DNA from: an uncultured Candidatus Peribacteria bacterium
Lineage (GTDB): Bacteria > Patescibacteriota > Gracilibacteria > Peribacterales > Peribacteraceae
Assembly: GCA_964601225.1 (NCBI GenBank)
Contig: CAZRMM010000004.1
Coordinates: 12,972-76,971, forward strand
Length of the DNA: 64,000 nt
Reading direction: 5' to 3'
Below, in pieces: positions 45,676 through 54,959 of this stretch (position 1 is its first letter; each line of letters starts with the position of its first letter). A program made the translations under genes and the position numbers. Below the pieces are notes generated by a model that ran no database searches, had not been told where the DNA came from, and saw nothing but the letters and a program-made list of their open reading frames with translations.

Positions 45676-46206
45676 ATGCTTTCGATGCAGGACAGTGAAA
45701 AAATCAGCATCGAGCTTGTACTGACGGACAATGTCCTGTCGGAAGGCCTCAATGAGGAATTGACGGTTGCCGACGTCTACACTGCGACCTTGAATTCTCT
45801 CCGCGCAAACAAGCAGCTCAACATCAAGACTCATGCATGGACAACCATTCTTTGTGATTGTCTCGAACAATACGGGGACAATGTTAGTCGCGCGGTAACG
45901 ATGGCTTCCCGAATCAAACTCCTTACCGAACAATACGATCGTCGAGAGGATTTCGATACCGTCATTCTGCATCTCAAGGAAGCGGTCACAGAGTTGGCCA
46001 CCGAAGCGGCGCTGCGAAATCAGACTCTCCCCGACGCACTGGGCGGAATACTGCGACGCCGTTATGCTGAATTCTTTTCCCGTCTTCCCGGAACGAATAA
46101 TTTTAGCGGTGGCGACGCGGTCGGCTTACTGATAGCAACGGCGCTCGACGGCGTCGGAACCGGATCGCCGGAAAACGACTGCGTCGTCGACTCCAGTCCT
46201 GCTTAG
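45676..46206 (+). CDS. hypothetical protein (176 aa)
   Basis: It is an ORF only: soluble, with no recognised motif, and visibly less GC-rich than its neighbours. Confidence 0.4.
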   Translation: MLSMQDSEKISIELVLTDNVLSEGLNEELTVADVYTATLNSLRANKQLNIKTHAWTTILCDCLEQYGDNVSRAVTMASRIKLLTEQYDRREDFDTVILHLKEAVTELATEAALRNQTLPDALGGILRRRYAEFFSRLPGTNNFSGGDAVGLLIATALDGVGTGSPENDCVVDSSPA

Positions 46207-46287
46207 GAGGACCATGTCTCCTTGCGAAGGAGATCTGTCCAGGGTGTTGTAGCTGGATCCCTTTTTGAGGAGGTCTATACTGCGACT

Positions 46288-46704
46288 ATGAAGCCACGCT
46301 CACTTTTTGCTGGGATTGTCTTTTCCGCATTGATGATCGCAGCCTGCTCCAAGTCTGGTCCATCGCCGCAAACGATGAAACCAGTGCTTCCCATCGCAGA
46401 CAAGGTTCTTGTGGCGAATATCGGAGACAAAGGCATACGTGACCTGATCATTTCGACGAACGAAGGACAAATTCTTTGGGAAGGCGACCTGTCCGCTTCC
46501 CAGCAGATGAGTTTCAGCTTCACGCCTCCTTCGGACGGCCACTTTGTCATCAAATACGGAGATCAGAAAAGCGATTCGCACGAGCTTCACAAAGGCTACT
46601 TCACGCAGAGGGGAGGGTTACTGCATTCGTTTACCTTCGACGCCAACGGTCTAAAGCAGCGCACGCGCAGGAATACGTCGGTCAGCACGGCTTCGGTGAA
46701 ATAA
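46288..46704 (+). CDS. small lipoprotein of unknown function
   Basis: GAGGAGG RBS at 46267..46273. Lipobox 'ALMIAACSK'. Confidence 0.5.
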   Translation: MKPRSLFAGIVFSALMIAACSKSGPSPQTMKPVLPIADKVLVANIGDKGIRDLIISTNEGQILWEGDLSASQQMSFSFTPPSDGHFVIKYGDQKSDSHELHKGYFTQRGGLLHSFTFDANGLKQRTRRNTSVSTASVK

Positions 46705-46857
46705 GCGACTGTCGGCTTGCCGCAAAAACGAACGCGGGTAGAATGCCCCCATGGGAACGTCCTTCCCGCATCTTTCGCTCTTCCCGTCACCGGGTTGGGC
46801 CGTGTTTTGCGTTCTCTCTTTAGCCTCTCAAGCTTCCCCCCGCGCCTAGCGCTTCCC

Positions 46858-48354
46858 ATGTGTGGCATCCTTGCTGTCTCCGGTTTCCGCGACGTCATTC
46901 AGGATCTCTATGACGGTCTCATTGTCCTGCAGCACCGCGGCCAAGACGCGGCGGGTATCGTGACCTTCGACAGTCAATTCCACCTGAAGAAGAGCAACGG
47001 CATGGTTCGAGACGTCTTTCATGCCAGCTCCCTCGCGCGCTTAAAAGGCCCGATGGGCATCGGCCACGTTCGCTATCCGACGGCGGGCTGTTCCAGTGAA
47101 TTCGAGGCGCAACCGTTCTTCGTTAACTCTCCGTTCGGCATGGCCCTTGCACACAACGGCAATCTCACGAATGCCGATCAGCTCGCTAAGGAAATTCGCG
47201 AACAAGACTATCGCCATTTGAATACTTCCTCTGATTCGGAAGTCCTTCTCAATGTTCTCTCTCTTGCCTTACGCAAGCAAAAACCGAGCAAGCTCACCGC
47301 AAATCATGTTTTTCGTGCCGTAAAGACGGTATTCCGTCGCTGCAAAGGAGCCTATTCCGCGGTAGCCCTGATCGGCGGGCACGGAATCGTCGGTTTCAGA
47401 GATCCGTACGGCATTCGGCCCTTGCAACTGGGCCGACGACGCTTCGGCATGAAGGAGGAATATATGATCGCGTCCGAAAATACGGTCTTCGAGTCGCTCG
47501 ACTACGAGTTTGTCCGCGACATTCAGCCCGGCGAAGCAGTCTTCATCGATCGCCACAATAAACTGCACACGCAGGTCTGCAAGAAAGGGATTCTTTCCCC
47601 ATGCCTGTTTGAATGGGTGTATTTGGCAGCACCGGATTCCACGATCGACGGCGTGAACGTCTATAAGGCGCGCGTACGCATGGGAGAGGCCCTTGCCGAA
47701 AAAATCCGGGAGAGCGGCATCCACATCGATTCCGTAATTCCGATCCCGGACACGGGTAGGCCGGCTGCCGCCGGCTTGGCCGATAAACTGAAGGTTCGCT
47801 ATCGCGAGGGGTTCGTCAAAAACCGATACATCGGGCGGACGTTCATCATGCCCGGACAAGAGGTTCGCAAACGCAGCCTCAATTTCAAGCTTCACCCGAT
47901 CGATCTGGAATTTAAAGGGAACAGTGTTCTTCTTGTCGATGATTCCATTGTTCGCGGGAACACGAGCAAAAAAATTGTGGAGATGGCCCGTAAGGCGGGA
48001 GCCAAAAAAGTGTACTTTGCCTCCGCCTCGCCTCCGATCATCAGTCCCGATCCCTATGGGATCGATCTTCCCACAACGGGCGAGCTTATCGCGTCTAACC
48101 ACAGCGTCGATGAAATCTGCAAAATGATTGGCGCCGACGGACTTTTCTACACGTCGATCCAAGACATGCACAACGCCATCCGCGTCGGCAATCCGAAGAT
48201 TAAACAGTTCAGCGAAGGATGCTTCACGGGGAAGTACCCCACACCGGAAGTCAATCGCAAGATGCTTATCGATCTCGGTTGCAGCCGCAACAAGACTCGC
48301 GACCAGTTTGAGGAGCAAGAACCAAATGCCGCCACTACGATTCCTCTCGTCTGA
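46858..48354 (+). CDS. purF: amidophosphoribosyltransferase
   Basis: Ntn 'MCGILAV', 'LQHRGQDAAGI', PRPP loop 'VLLVDDSIVRGNTS'. Confidence 0.9.
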   Translation: MCGILAVSGFRDVIQDLYDGLIVLQHRGQDAAGIVTFDSQFHLKKSNGMVRDVFHASSLARLKGPMGIGHVRYPTAGCSSEFEAQPFFVNSPFGMALAHNGNLTNADQLAKEIREQDYRHLNTSSDSEVLLNVLSLALRKQKPSKLTANHVFRAVKTVFRRCKGAYSAVALIGGHGIVGFRDPYGIRPLQLGRRRFGMKEEYMIASENTVFESLDYEFVRDIQPGEAVFIDRHNKLHTQVCKKGILSPCLFEWVYLAAPDSTIDGVNVYKARVRMGEALAEKIRESGIHIDSVIPIPDTGRPAAAGLADKLKVRYREGFVKNRYIGRTFIMPGQEVRKRSLNFKLHPIDLEFKGNSVLLVDDSIVRGNTSKKIVEMARKAGAKKVYFASASPPIISPDPYGIDLPTTGELIASNHSVDEICKMIGADGLFYTSIQDMHNAIRVGNPKIKQFSEGCFTGKYPTPEVNRKMLIDLGCSRNKTRDQFEEQEPNAATTIPLV

Positions 48355-49685
48355 TGGCTAGAGTGCTTCTCGTCACCTCCTCGGCGCGAGGCCATGCCCT
48401 GGCGGACGCCCTTTCACGGAGCCGCCATCGTCCCGAAATCATCCATTGCTGTCCCAGCCGCAACCCGGGCATCCGCAAAATCGCTGCCGAGCAGCACGTG
48501 ATGGACATCATGGATCTCGCCGCGGTGGTGGAGATCGCGAGGAAAACGAAGCCCGAATTCGCCGTGATCGGCCCCGACGATCCGATCGCTGCGGGACTCG
48601 CGGACGCTTTGGAGGAGATCGGCGTTCCCAGCGTGGCGCCGAAGAAGGCGCTTGCGCGCATCGAAAGCAGCAAGGGATTTGCGCGCGAGTTGATGAAGAA
48701 ACACGGCATCGATGCCTCGCCCGCCTTTCGCGTGTTTACGTCCGCGAACGCCGAAGCCGTGGAAAGCTACATTCGAAACGACCTTGGTGAACAGTACGTG
48801 GTGAAGTACGACGCCCTTAAAGGCGGCAAGGGCGTGAAGGTGAGTGGCGCGCATCTCTCCTCGGTGCAAGAAGGCGTCGACTACGCACACGAGTGCATCC
48901 AGGAGTGCGGACGCGTCGTGATTGAAGAGAAGCTCGTCGGCGTTGAATTCAGCCTGCTCTCGTTCGTCTCCGGCACGCAGGTCGCCGACATGCCCCCGGT
49001 GCAGGACCACAAGCCCGCCTACGAGGGAGACACGGGACCCAACACCGGCGGGATGGGCACGTATACCGACGCCGACCACTCGCTGCCGTTCCTCGCGAAG
49101 GCCGACCTCGCACGGGCGTCCGAGCTCAACAAGCTCGTCGCGGCCGCGCTCAAGGCCGAATGCGGCGAGGACTACCGCGGCATCCTCTACGGCGGCTTCA
49201 TCGCGGTCAAAAACGGCATCCGCGTGATCGAGTACAACGCCCGCTTCGGCGATCCGGAAGCCTTGAATCTTCTGCCGCTCCTCGAGACCGATTTCGTCGA
49301 CGTCTGCCGCGCGATCGTGAAGGGAACGCTCGCGGATCTCGACCTGCGCTTCGCGAAGAAGGCTTCCGTCTGCAAGTACATCGTCCCGAAGAGCTACCCG
49401 GAGGCCAAAACCGAGAAGGGTCAGATCGTGACGTTCCCCACCGATCTTCCGGCGAACGCCCGCCTGTACTACGGCGACATCGCCGAGAAGGACGATGGCA
49501 CGCTCGCGCTCGGTGGCTCCCGCACCGCGGGCATCGTCGGGATCGCGGACACGCTGAAGGAGGCCGAAGCGGTCGCCGAGAAGCTCTGCGAAGCCGTGCG
49601 GGGTCCCGTCCGCTTCCGCAGGGACGTCGGCACCGCAGAGCTCATTCAAAAGCGCATCGTGGCCATGAAATCACTTCGCGGATGA
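48354..49685 (+). CDS. purD: phosphoribosylamine--glycine ligase
   Basis: 'VIGPDDPIAAGLADALEE', ATP-grasp 'VVKYDALKGGKGV', 'VIEYNARFGDPE'. The ATG shares one base with the purF TGA. Confidence 0.9.
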   Translation: MARVLLVTSSARGHALADALSRSRHRPEIIHCCPSRNPGIRKIAAEQHVMDIMDLAAVVEIARKTKPEFAVIGPDDPIAAGLADALEEIGVPSVAPKKALARIESSKGFARELMKKHGIDASPAFRVFTSANAEAVESYIRNDLGEQYVVKYDALKGGKGVKVSGAHLSSVQEGVDYAHECIQECGRVVIEEKLVGVEFSLLSFVSGTQVADMPPVQDHKPAYEGDTGPNTGGMGTYTDADHSLPFLAKADLARASELNKLVAAALKAECGEDYRGILYGGFIAVKNGIRVIEYNARFGDPEALNLLPLLETDFVDVCRAIVKGTLADLDLRFAKKASVCKYIVPKSYPEAKTEKGQIVTFPTDLPANARLYYGDIAEKDDGTLALGGSRTAGIVGIADTLKEAEAVAEKLCEAVRGPVRFRRDVGTAELIQKRIVAMKSLRG

Positions 49686-50038
49686 GAAGCGCGAATCCGC
49701 CCGACGGCCCGCGTACGCAACGCTTCATTCATAAAATGGTCGAAGCCGCCTTTTGTGCCGGACATGCGAACGCATCATCCGAAGAGATGGCAAGTATCGC
49801 CATGAAGATCGCCCGGTTCTCCGCGTTTTTGCATGTCGTCCTGTGCCACGAATCAACCAGTAATGAAAACATACTATCGGCGAACGTCGTCCGCGATTGG
49901 GCGCTACTGCGCTTGGGCGCTAACGAAGATCAGAATGTCCGGTATGCGCGCACCATCATTCTACAGCACAGGGCGATGGCCAACCGAGTTCTCTCCGAAC
50001 GTGGAATCGGTCCATCCAAAGCGCACAAACTTGACTGA
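49682..50038 (+). CDS. hypothetical protein (118 aa)
   Basis: The ATG overlaps the purD stop (ATGA). It is in frame with ORF 49160..50038, whose upstream part lies inside purD. I recognised no motif. Confidence 0.35.
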   Translation: MRSANPPDGPRTQRFIHKMVEAAFCAGHANASSEEMASIAMKIARFSAFLHVVLCHESTSNENILSANVVRDWALLRLGANEDQNVRYARTIILQHRAMANRVLSERGIGPSKAHKLD

Positions 50039-50064
50039 AAAATATAAGGAAATACTATTCCTAC

Positions 50065-50805
50065 ATGTCCAGTTCCGAGAGCACACGTTCGCATGACGTG
50101 GAATGCGCACAGCGGAGACTTGAAACATCTTCACTGCAGGACGTGTTGGAACTATTGCAAATGCACTCGAGAAACATCGATGCCGTTCTTCATACTGAGG
50201 AATGCGACGACATCGTTGAATCATTGCACAGTCGCTGTCATTGGCACGGCATTTCCGTCGTACACGCGCACGAAGTACGCGGCACGATATCGGAAGCGCT
50301 CTGCCGCAGAGTTCTTGACAACATTCAACGGGAAATCGGCAAGAACCTTTTCGAACTCTTACATCAGGAGTCCTGGAATGTGAAGCAGGACTCCGCACGT
50401 TTTTTGAAGGACGACATGACGTTAAAAATTACTCCATGGCACTGCGGCATCATTTACGACAAGAACGAAAAACCGTACGCCGAGGTGGACGCTGTGATTC
50501 GACTTGGGGACGATCGTCTCGCATTACTGCAAGCATCAATGTCGCACCGCAAAACCGTCATCGACTGCAGCCAGCGGCGAGCACGTTATCTGGCACACCC
50601 GTTCCGCGAAGCGCCACTTTTGCCGGCAGTTATGACGGGAGACCGAGGGCGGGCGCCGAGGATCCGTGAAATATCAGGAACGCATGCGCTCTATCTTTCA
50701 CTGCTTGGGTGCATCCGTCGCCTGGAGAAGAATTCAGCACTCGTTGACGGACTTGCGCAAAAGGGTTTGAGCGTTGTTTACGAAAACGAAACTCCAAAGG
50801 CTTGA
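50065..50805 (+). CDS. hypothetical protein (246 aa)
   Basis: It is an ORF only: Cys/His-containing and soluble, with no recognised motif. Confidence 0.45.
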   Translation: MSSSESTRSHDVECAQRRLETSSLQDVLELLQMHSRNIDAVLHTEECDDIVESLHSRCHWHGISVVHAHEVRGTISEALCRRVLDNIQREIGKNLFELLHQESWNVKQDSARFLKDDMTLKITPWHCGIIYDKNEKPYAEVDAVIRLGDDRLALLQASMSHRKTVIDCSQRRARYLAHPFREAPLLPAVMTGDRGRAPRIREISGTHALYLSLLGCIRRLEKNSALVDGLAQKGLSVVYENETPKA

Positions 50806-50873
50806 GCGGACAGAATTGACTCGAGCGATACCAGTCATTTTCAGGGCGCCATAGAAGCGATTCTCATGCTTTT

Positions 50874-51935
50874 TTACATGCGCATGCTCCGAAGCCGCTC
50901 TCCCACATCCCATTCACGCAGACGCTCGACGATCTTCCCAATGTTTCCCTCCATGATTCCTGGAAGGTTCCCGAAGTTCTCGTTGAGCCGGTGATCGGTC
51001 AGACGGTCCTGCGGGAAATTATACGTCCGGATTTTCTCGCTGCGGTCGGCGGAACCGACCTGTCCGGCACGCTGCTCGCCGCGTTCTTTGGCGAGTTGTT
51101 CCTCCTTGGCGGCGTAGAGGCGACTACGGAGAAGGCTCATCGCGAGCGCGCGGTTCTTGATTTGGCTGCGCTCCGTCTGACAAGCGACGACGACACCCGT
51201 GGGGATATGGGTGATACGGATCGCCGATTCGGTCTTGTTCACGTGCTGCCCGCCTGCGCCGCCGGAGCGATAGGTGTCGATGCGAAGATCTTCGTTCCGG
51301 ATGACAATATCGACCTCCTCCGCTTCCGAGAGGATCGCCACCGTCGCCGTGGAGGTATGAATGCGCCCCTTGGCCTCCGTCGCGGGAATGCGTTGGACGC
51401 GGTGCACGCCGCTCTCGAATTTCAACTGACCGTAGACACCCGCGCCTTCGATGCGGCACGACGCCTCCTTAAGGCCCCCCGCACCGGCGTCGGACGAGTC
51501 GATGATCTCGGCGGTCCAACCCTGGAGTTCGGCATAGCGGATGTACATGCGCAAAAGCTCCGCTGCGAAGAGTGCCGCCTCTTCGCCGCCCGTGCCCGCG
51601 CGGACTTCCAGGATGACGCCGCGTTCGTCCAAGGGATCCTTTGGCAAAAGAAACTCCCGGATCCGTTTCTCGAGATCCGGCAACGCCTGCTTCGCCTGCT
51701 TCGCTTCCTCTTCGGCGATCGCCTTCAACTCCGGATCTTTGGCGACGTCCGGGGAAATAACGAGAGCGGATTCCAGACGGTCGAGTTCCGCAAGAAGTTC
51801 CGGCGCACGCTGGATCTCTTTGAGACGTTTGCCGACACGGATCATCTCCTTGCGGTCGGCAAGGACAGAAGGGTCCTGCATCTGCTCCTGCAGACGCGTG
51901 AGTTCGGCCGAGAGGGCGACGAGTTTTTCGCGCAC
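50874..51935 (-). CDS. prfA: peptide chain release factor 1
   Basis: 'GAGGQHVNKTESAIRITHIPTG' (GGQ) and 'RIPATE' (the PxT tripeptide of RF1). Confidence 0.9.
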   Translation of the reverse strand: MREKLVALSAELTRLQEQMQDPSVLADRKEMIRVGKRLKEIQRAPELLAELDRLESALVISPDVAKDPELKAIAEEEAKQAKQALPDLEKRIREFLLPKDPLDERGVILEVRAGTGGEEAALFAAELLRMYIRYAELQGWTAEIIDSSDAGAGGLKEASCRIEGAGVYGQLKFESGVHRVQRIPATEAKGRIHTSTATVAILSEAEEVDIVIRNEDLRIDTYRSGGAGGQHVNKTESAIRITHIPTGVVVACQTERSQIKNRALAMSLLRSRLYAAKEEQLAKERGEQRAGQVGSADRSEKIRTYNFPQDRLTDHRLNENFGNLPGIMEGNIGKIVERLREWDVGERLRSMRM

Positions 51936-51985
51936 GGACGGAGGATACTCGAAAATAAGCCGGGGAGCACCCGGCCTTCATGGTG

Positions 51986-53071
51986 TCAGAACCCGCGATT
52001 CCACGTCTTCAGATCGACCGCATAGCAATGCCGTCCGGCCGGATGGTTCCAGTACTCGTCGATTTTCTCGTCTAGGGGCAGCGAGAAGGTCGCGCAGATT
52101 TCGTACGTGGACGCTCCGGTGACGCGGTACTCGTACGGTTCGCTCGTTTCCGGATCCAGGGTGATGACCCTGTCGATCGACCCGCGCTCCTGGATCTCCG
52201 CGACGGTCTTCGGCAGCGGCACGATAGGAAGCTCGCTCGACGCGACGTCATACTTCCCGCCGCGCGTGATGTTGTCGATGGTGCTGACCATGGTGCGGAT
52301 GCCCGTGAGCCGCAGCGCGTCGAATCTCTGCTGGCGCCCGTACGCGGGCGTGCCGACGATGAGGAGACCCCAGACGAACGCGACGACCACGATGGCCGCG
52401 CCGGCGCCGAGGAAGGCTTTGTGGATGCCCGACGTCGCGTAGGTCTCGGCCGTGAGGCGCATGGAGCGCAGGAAGTACAGGAACGGCAGGCCGCAGAGCA
52501 CGAGCACGACGAGCACTTTGAGGACGAAGCGCAGCGTCAGCTCGCCGTCGAGCAGGTAGAAGAGCAGGGTGATCAAGTCGCCGATGAGCGTGCACGCGGA
52601 GATGAAGAGGATTAGATACGTGATCCATCGACGCGCGGCGCTGCCAAGCTTCTCGGGGTGCGCAGCGTATTCGCGCGTGAGGAGCCTGGCCATCCACGCG
52701 AGAAGCGGGAACGATACCAGGACCACGGCCATCGACCAGCGGATGCCGCTGAAGTCGTCGGAAGAGTAGTACGTCTCGTACGCCGCGTCGGGAAGCACGC
52801 GGTCCAGGTACTGGAAGAAGAGCGTGATGAGCGCCGTGACGGTGGAGATCAGCGAGACGAACGACAGCAGGTGGAAGAACGTGTCGCGCGCGGAGCCGGC
52901 GTCCGGAGGCGTGGGGACCGGCATATCGAGCGCCGAGGAAGCCATCGCTTCCGCGACGTCCTTCTCCTTCCAGCCGTTGCTGAGGAGAAGCATGCGGATC
53001 GTCTGCGCGTCCATGCCCTTGCTTCGGGCGTGGTCGATAAAAGTTGAGAGATTGTTGGAGCGGTGTGTCAT
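51986..53071 (-). CDS. DUF5671-like polytopic membrane protein
   Basis: Soluble N-terminus 'IDHARSKGMDAQTIRMLLLSNGWKEKDVAEAM', then 'FFHLLSFVSLISTVTALITLFFQYLDRVLPD' and further TM helices. The ATG at 53071 is preferred. Confidence 0.5.
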   Translation of the reverse strand: MTHRSNNLSTFIDHARSKGMDAQTIRMLLLSNGWKEKDVAEAMASSALDMPVPTPPDAGSARDTFFHLLSFVSLISTVTALITLFFQYLDRVLPDAAYETYYSSDDFSGIRWSMAVVLVSFPLLAWMARLLTREYAAHPEKLGSAARRWITYLILFISACTLIGDLITLLFYLLDGELTLRFVLKVLVVLVLCGLPFLYFLRSMRLTAETYATSGIHKAFLGAGAAIVVVAFVWGLLIVGTPAYGRQQRFDALRLTGIRTMVSTIDNITRGGKYDVASSELPIVPLPKTVAEIQERGSIDRVITLDPETSEPYEYRVTGASTYEICATFSLPLDEKIDEYWNHPAGRHCYAVDLKTWNRGF

Positions 53072-53081
53072 AACGCCGATC

Positions 53082-53582
53082 TTACCACAGCGCGCGCGTG
53101 CCGGTCGCCTGAATTCCATCCTCCGGAAGCACCGCCGTCGAACGCGGGCTCCGCCATAGAGGCATCGGGATATCCAGATCGTCGTCAAGGATGCCATGCG
53201 ACCTCAGAAGTTGGCGGCAGCTGCCGAGGGTTTCTTCGATATCAGGGGCGGGAATCTCCCACACTTCGACGTACTGTTGCAGCGTGCACACCTGGTTCCC
53301 CGCCCGAATCAGAAGGCCTCGTGCCAGCGTGTCACGGAAATACTGCGAGTAATACAGGATGGTGTGCCGCAAGTGCTCGGCGACGCGCCGGATCATGTCC
53401 TGCTTTTCCGAAGAATCCTCGGCACCCTCGCAAAAAAGCCGGACCCAATCTGCCTGGATGTCCCGCAGGATGCACCTCACGCCGAGATCGTCGTCCTTCG
53501 GCGGCGAGATGTTGCGGAAATTCGCGTCGGGATCCATGAGTAACGCGATGCTCGCGTCGAGAAGGTAGAGCGGGATGGCCAT
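53082..53582 (-). CDS. hypothetical protein (166 aa)
   Basis: An ORF from the ATG at 53582. I recognised no motif. Confidence 0.4.
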   Translation of the reverse strand: MAIPLYLLDASIALLMDPDANFRNISPPKDDDLGVRCILRDIQADWVRLFCEGAEDSSEKQDMIRRVAEHLRHTILYYSQYFRDTLARGLLIRAGNQVCTLQQYVEVWEIPAPDIEETLGSCRQLLRSHGILDDDLDIPMPLWRSPRSTAVLPEDGIQATGTRALW

Positions 53583-53662
53583 AGATGCATCGTAGAGATT
53601 CCGGCGCTTTTCGAAAGTTTTGGACCCTCCTACCGCGGAAAATCCGCTATCATTGGCGCTCC

Positions 53663-53779
53663 ATGAAGATTCTCGTCGCACTATCGGGCCCCTTCGTCTC
53701 GACCTTCGCATCGGCTCAGGTCTCGCTCAGGGCAGGGTTCCTCCCCCTCCCCCCTCAGAACTTTTCTGCACATCCATGA
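53663..53779 (+). other. upstream ORF (38 codons) whose first 9 codons duplicate the mnmA start
   Basis: ATGAAGATTCTCGTCGCACTATCGGGC against mnmA ATGAAAATTCTAGTCGCATTATCAGGC. Both encode MKILVALSG. The uORF TGA overlaps the mnmA ATG (ATGA). Confidence 0.3.
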
Positions 53780-54873
53780 AAATTCTAGTCGCATTATCAG
53801 GCGGAATCGACTCCAGCGTCGTCGCACACCTGCTTCATCAGCAAGGGCACGAGCTTGTTGGCGTCCGTTTCCAGCTGTGGAGCGACCCGCTTGCACCGGC
53901 GTTGGCCGAAGTGCTCCCGAGCAAGTGCTGCAACGCGCAGACGGCGGCGCGGGCCGGGAACGTTGCGCGCACGCTCGCAATCCCCTACCACGTCGTGGAC
54001 CTGCAAGACGAGTTCAAGACGAACGTGGTCGATCCATTCCTCGAGGGATACCGCAAGGGGCTGACGCCGAATCCGTGTATCGGCTGCAACCGCACCATCA
54101 AGTTCGGAAGGCTTCTGGAGCTTATGAAAGAGTACGGCTGCGAGAAGCTCGCAACCGGGCACTACGCTCGCGTCGCGACCGAGCGGACGGCCGAGGGCGC
54201 GGACCGCTTCGTGCTTCTCGAGGCCGCGGACTCCCCCAAGGACCAGAGCTACTACCTCTACGGCCTCACCCAGGCGCAACTCTCGACGGTGCTCTTTCCC
54301 CTCGGTGGACTGCGGAAGGAAGAGGTGTTCGCGCTCGCGCAGCTCTTCGGCGTTCCGTTCGACGAGCAGTATCGCGAGAGCCAAGATCTCTGTTTCTTTC
54401 CCGAAAAGGAGCCGCAGGAGTTTCTCCGACGCTATATCACGGAGATGCATCCGGGAGAAATCGTCCGCCGCGACGGCACGGTCGTCGGAACGCACGCGGG
54501 ACTCCCCCTGTACACCATCGGTCAGCGCCGCGGTCTTAAAATCGGCGGACTGAAAATCCCGCTGGAAGTCGTTCAGAAAGACGTTGTGGGAAACCGTTTG
54601 ATCGTGAACGAAAAAGGCGCGGAAAAGCAGACGGCGGTTACCCTATCCGATATACGATGGGTTTCCTGGACGCCTGCGGAGAACGAAACGATAGAGTTCG
54701 ACTGCCGGACACGTGCGCTCGGAGGCAAAGAACGAGGCACCCTTCTGTATACGAATACAAATGGCAAATTTGTTTTCTCAAAGCCGCAATCTCCCCCTTT
54801 GGCCGCAGGCCAATCTCTCGTGCTTTACAGAGGGGAAGAGGTCGTTGGTGGCGGGGTCATGAACGAGGCTTGA
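53776..54873 (+). CDS. mnmA: tRNA 2-thiouridine(34) synthase MnmA
   Basis: PP-loop 'ALSGGIDSSV', 'TPNPCIGCNRTIKF', 'ATGHYAR', 'KDQSYYLY'. The ATG at 53776 is preferred. Confidence 0.9.
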   Translation: MKILVALSGGIDSSVVAHLLHQQGHELVGVRFQLWSDPLAPALAEVLPSKCCNAQTAARAGNVARTLAIPYHVVDLQDEFKTNVVDPFLEGYRKGLTPNPCIGCNRTIKFGRLLELMKEYGCEKLATGHYARVATERTAEGADRFVLLEAADSPKDQSYYLYGLTQAQLSTVLFPLGGLRKEEVFALAQLFGVPFDEQYRESQDLCFFPEKEPQEFLRRYITEMHPGEIVRRDGTVVGTHAGLPLYTIGQRRGLKIGGLKIPLEVVQKDVVGNRLIVNEKGAEKQTAVTLSDIRWVSWTPAENETIEFDCRTRALGGKERGTLLYTNTNGKFVFSKPQSPPLAAGQSLVLYRGEEVVGGGVMNEA

Positions 54874-54944
54874 GAAAGCCGTTCTTCGGGCTTGTCAGAC
54901 ACGCCGTTCTATGAGAGCTTTTCCTTTCCCGGAAGCCATTTTCC

Positions 54945-54953
54945 TGATATACT
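54945..54953 (+). promoter_or_regulatory. putative extended -10 element (TGATATACT) 6 nt before the sortase ATG
   Basis: A TGnTAnnnT match at 54945..54953, with the ATG at 54960. This implies a leaderless or near-leaderless transcript if it is functional. Confidence 0.35.
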
Positions 54954-54959
54954 ATCCCG

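Noticed and set aside
46705-46857. A purine or ZTP (pfl) riboswitch upstream of purF, and likewise upstream of folD (44702..44799).
   Set aside because: I could not find the conserved cores (purine-riboswitch loop motifs, or the ZTP 'CCGCCUGGGC'-type 3' element). The folD upstream region is accounted for by a terminator hairpin.
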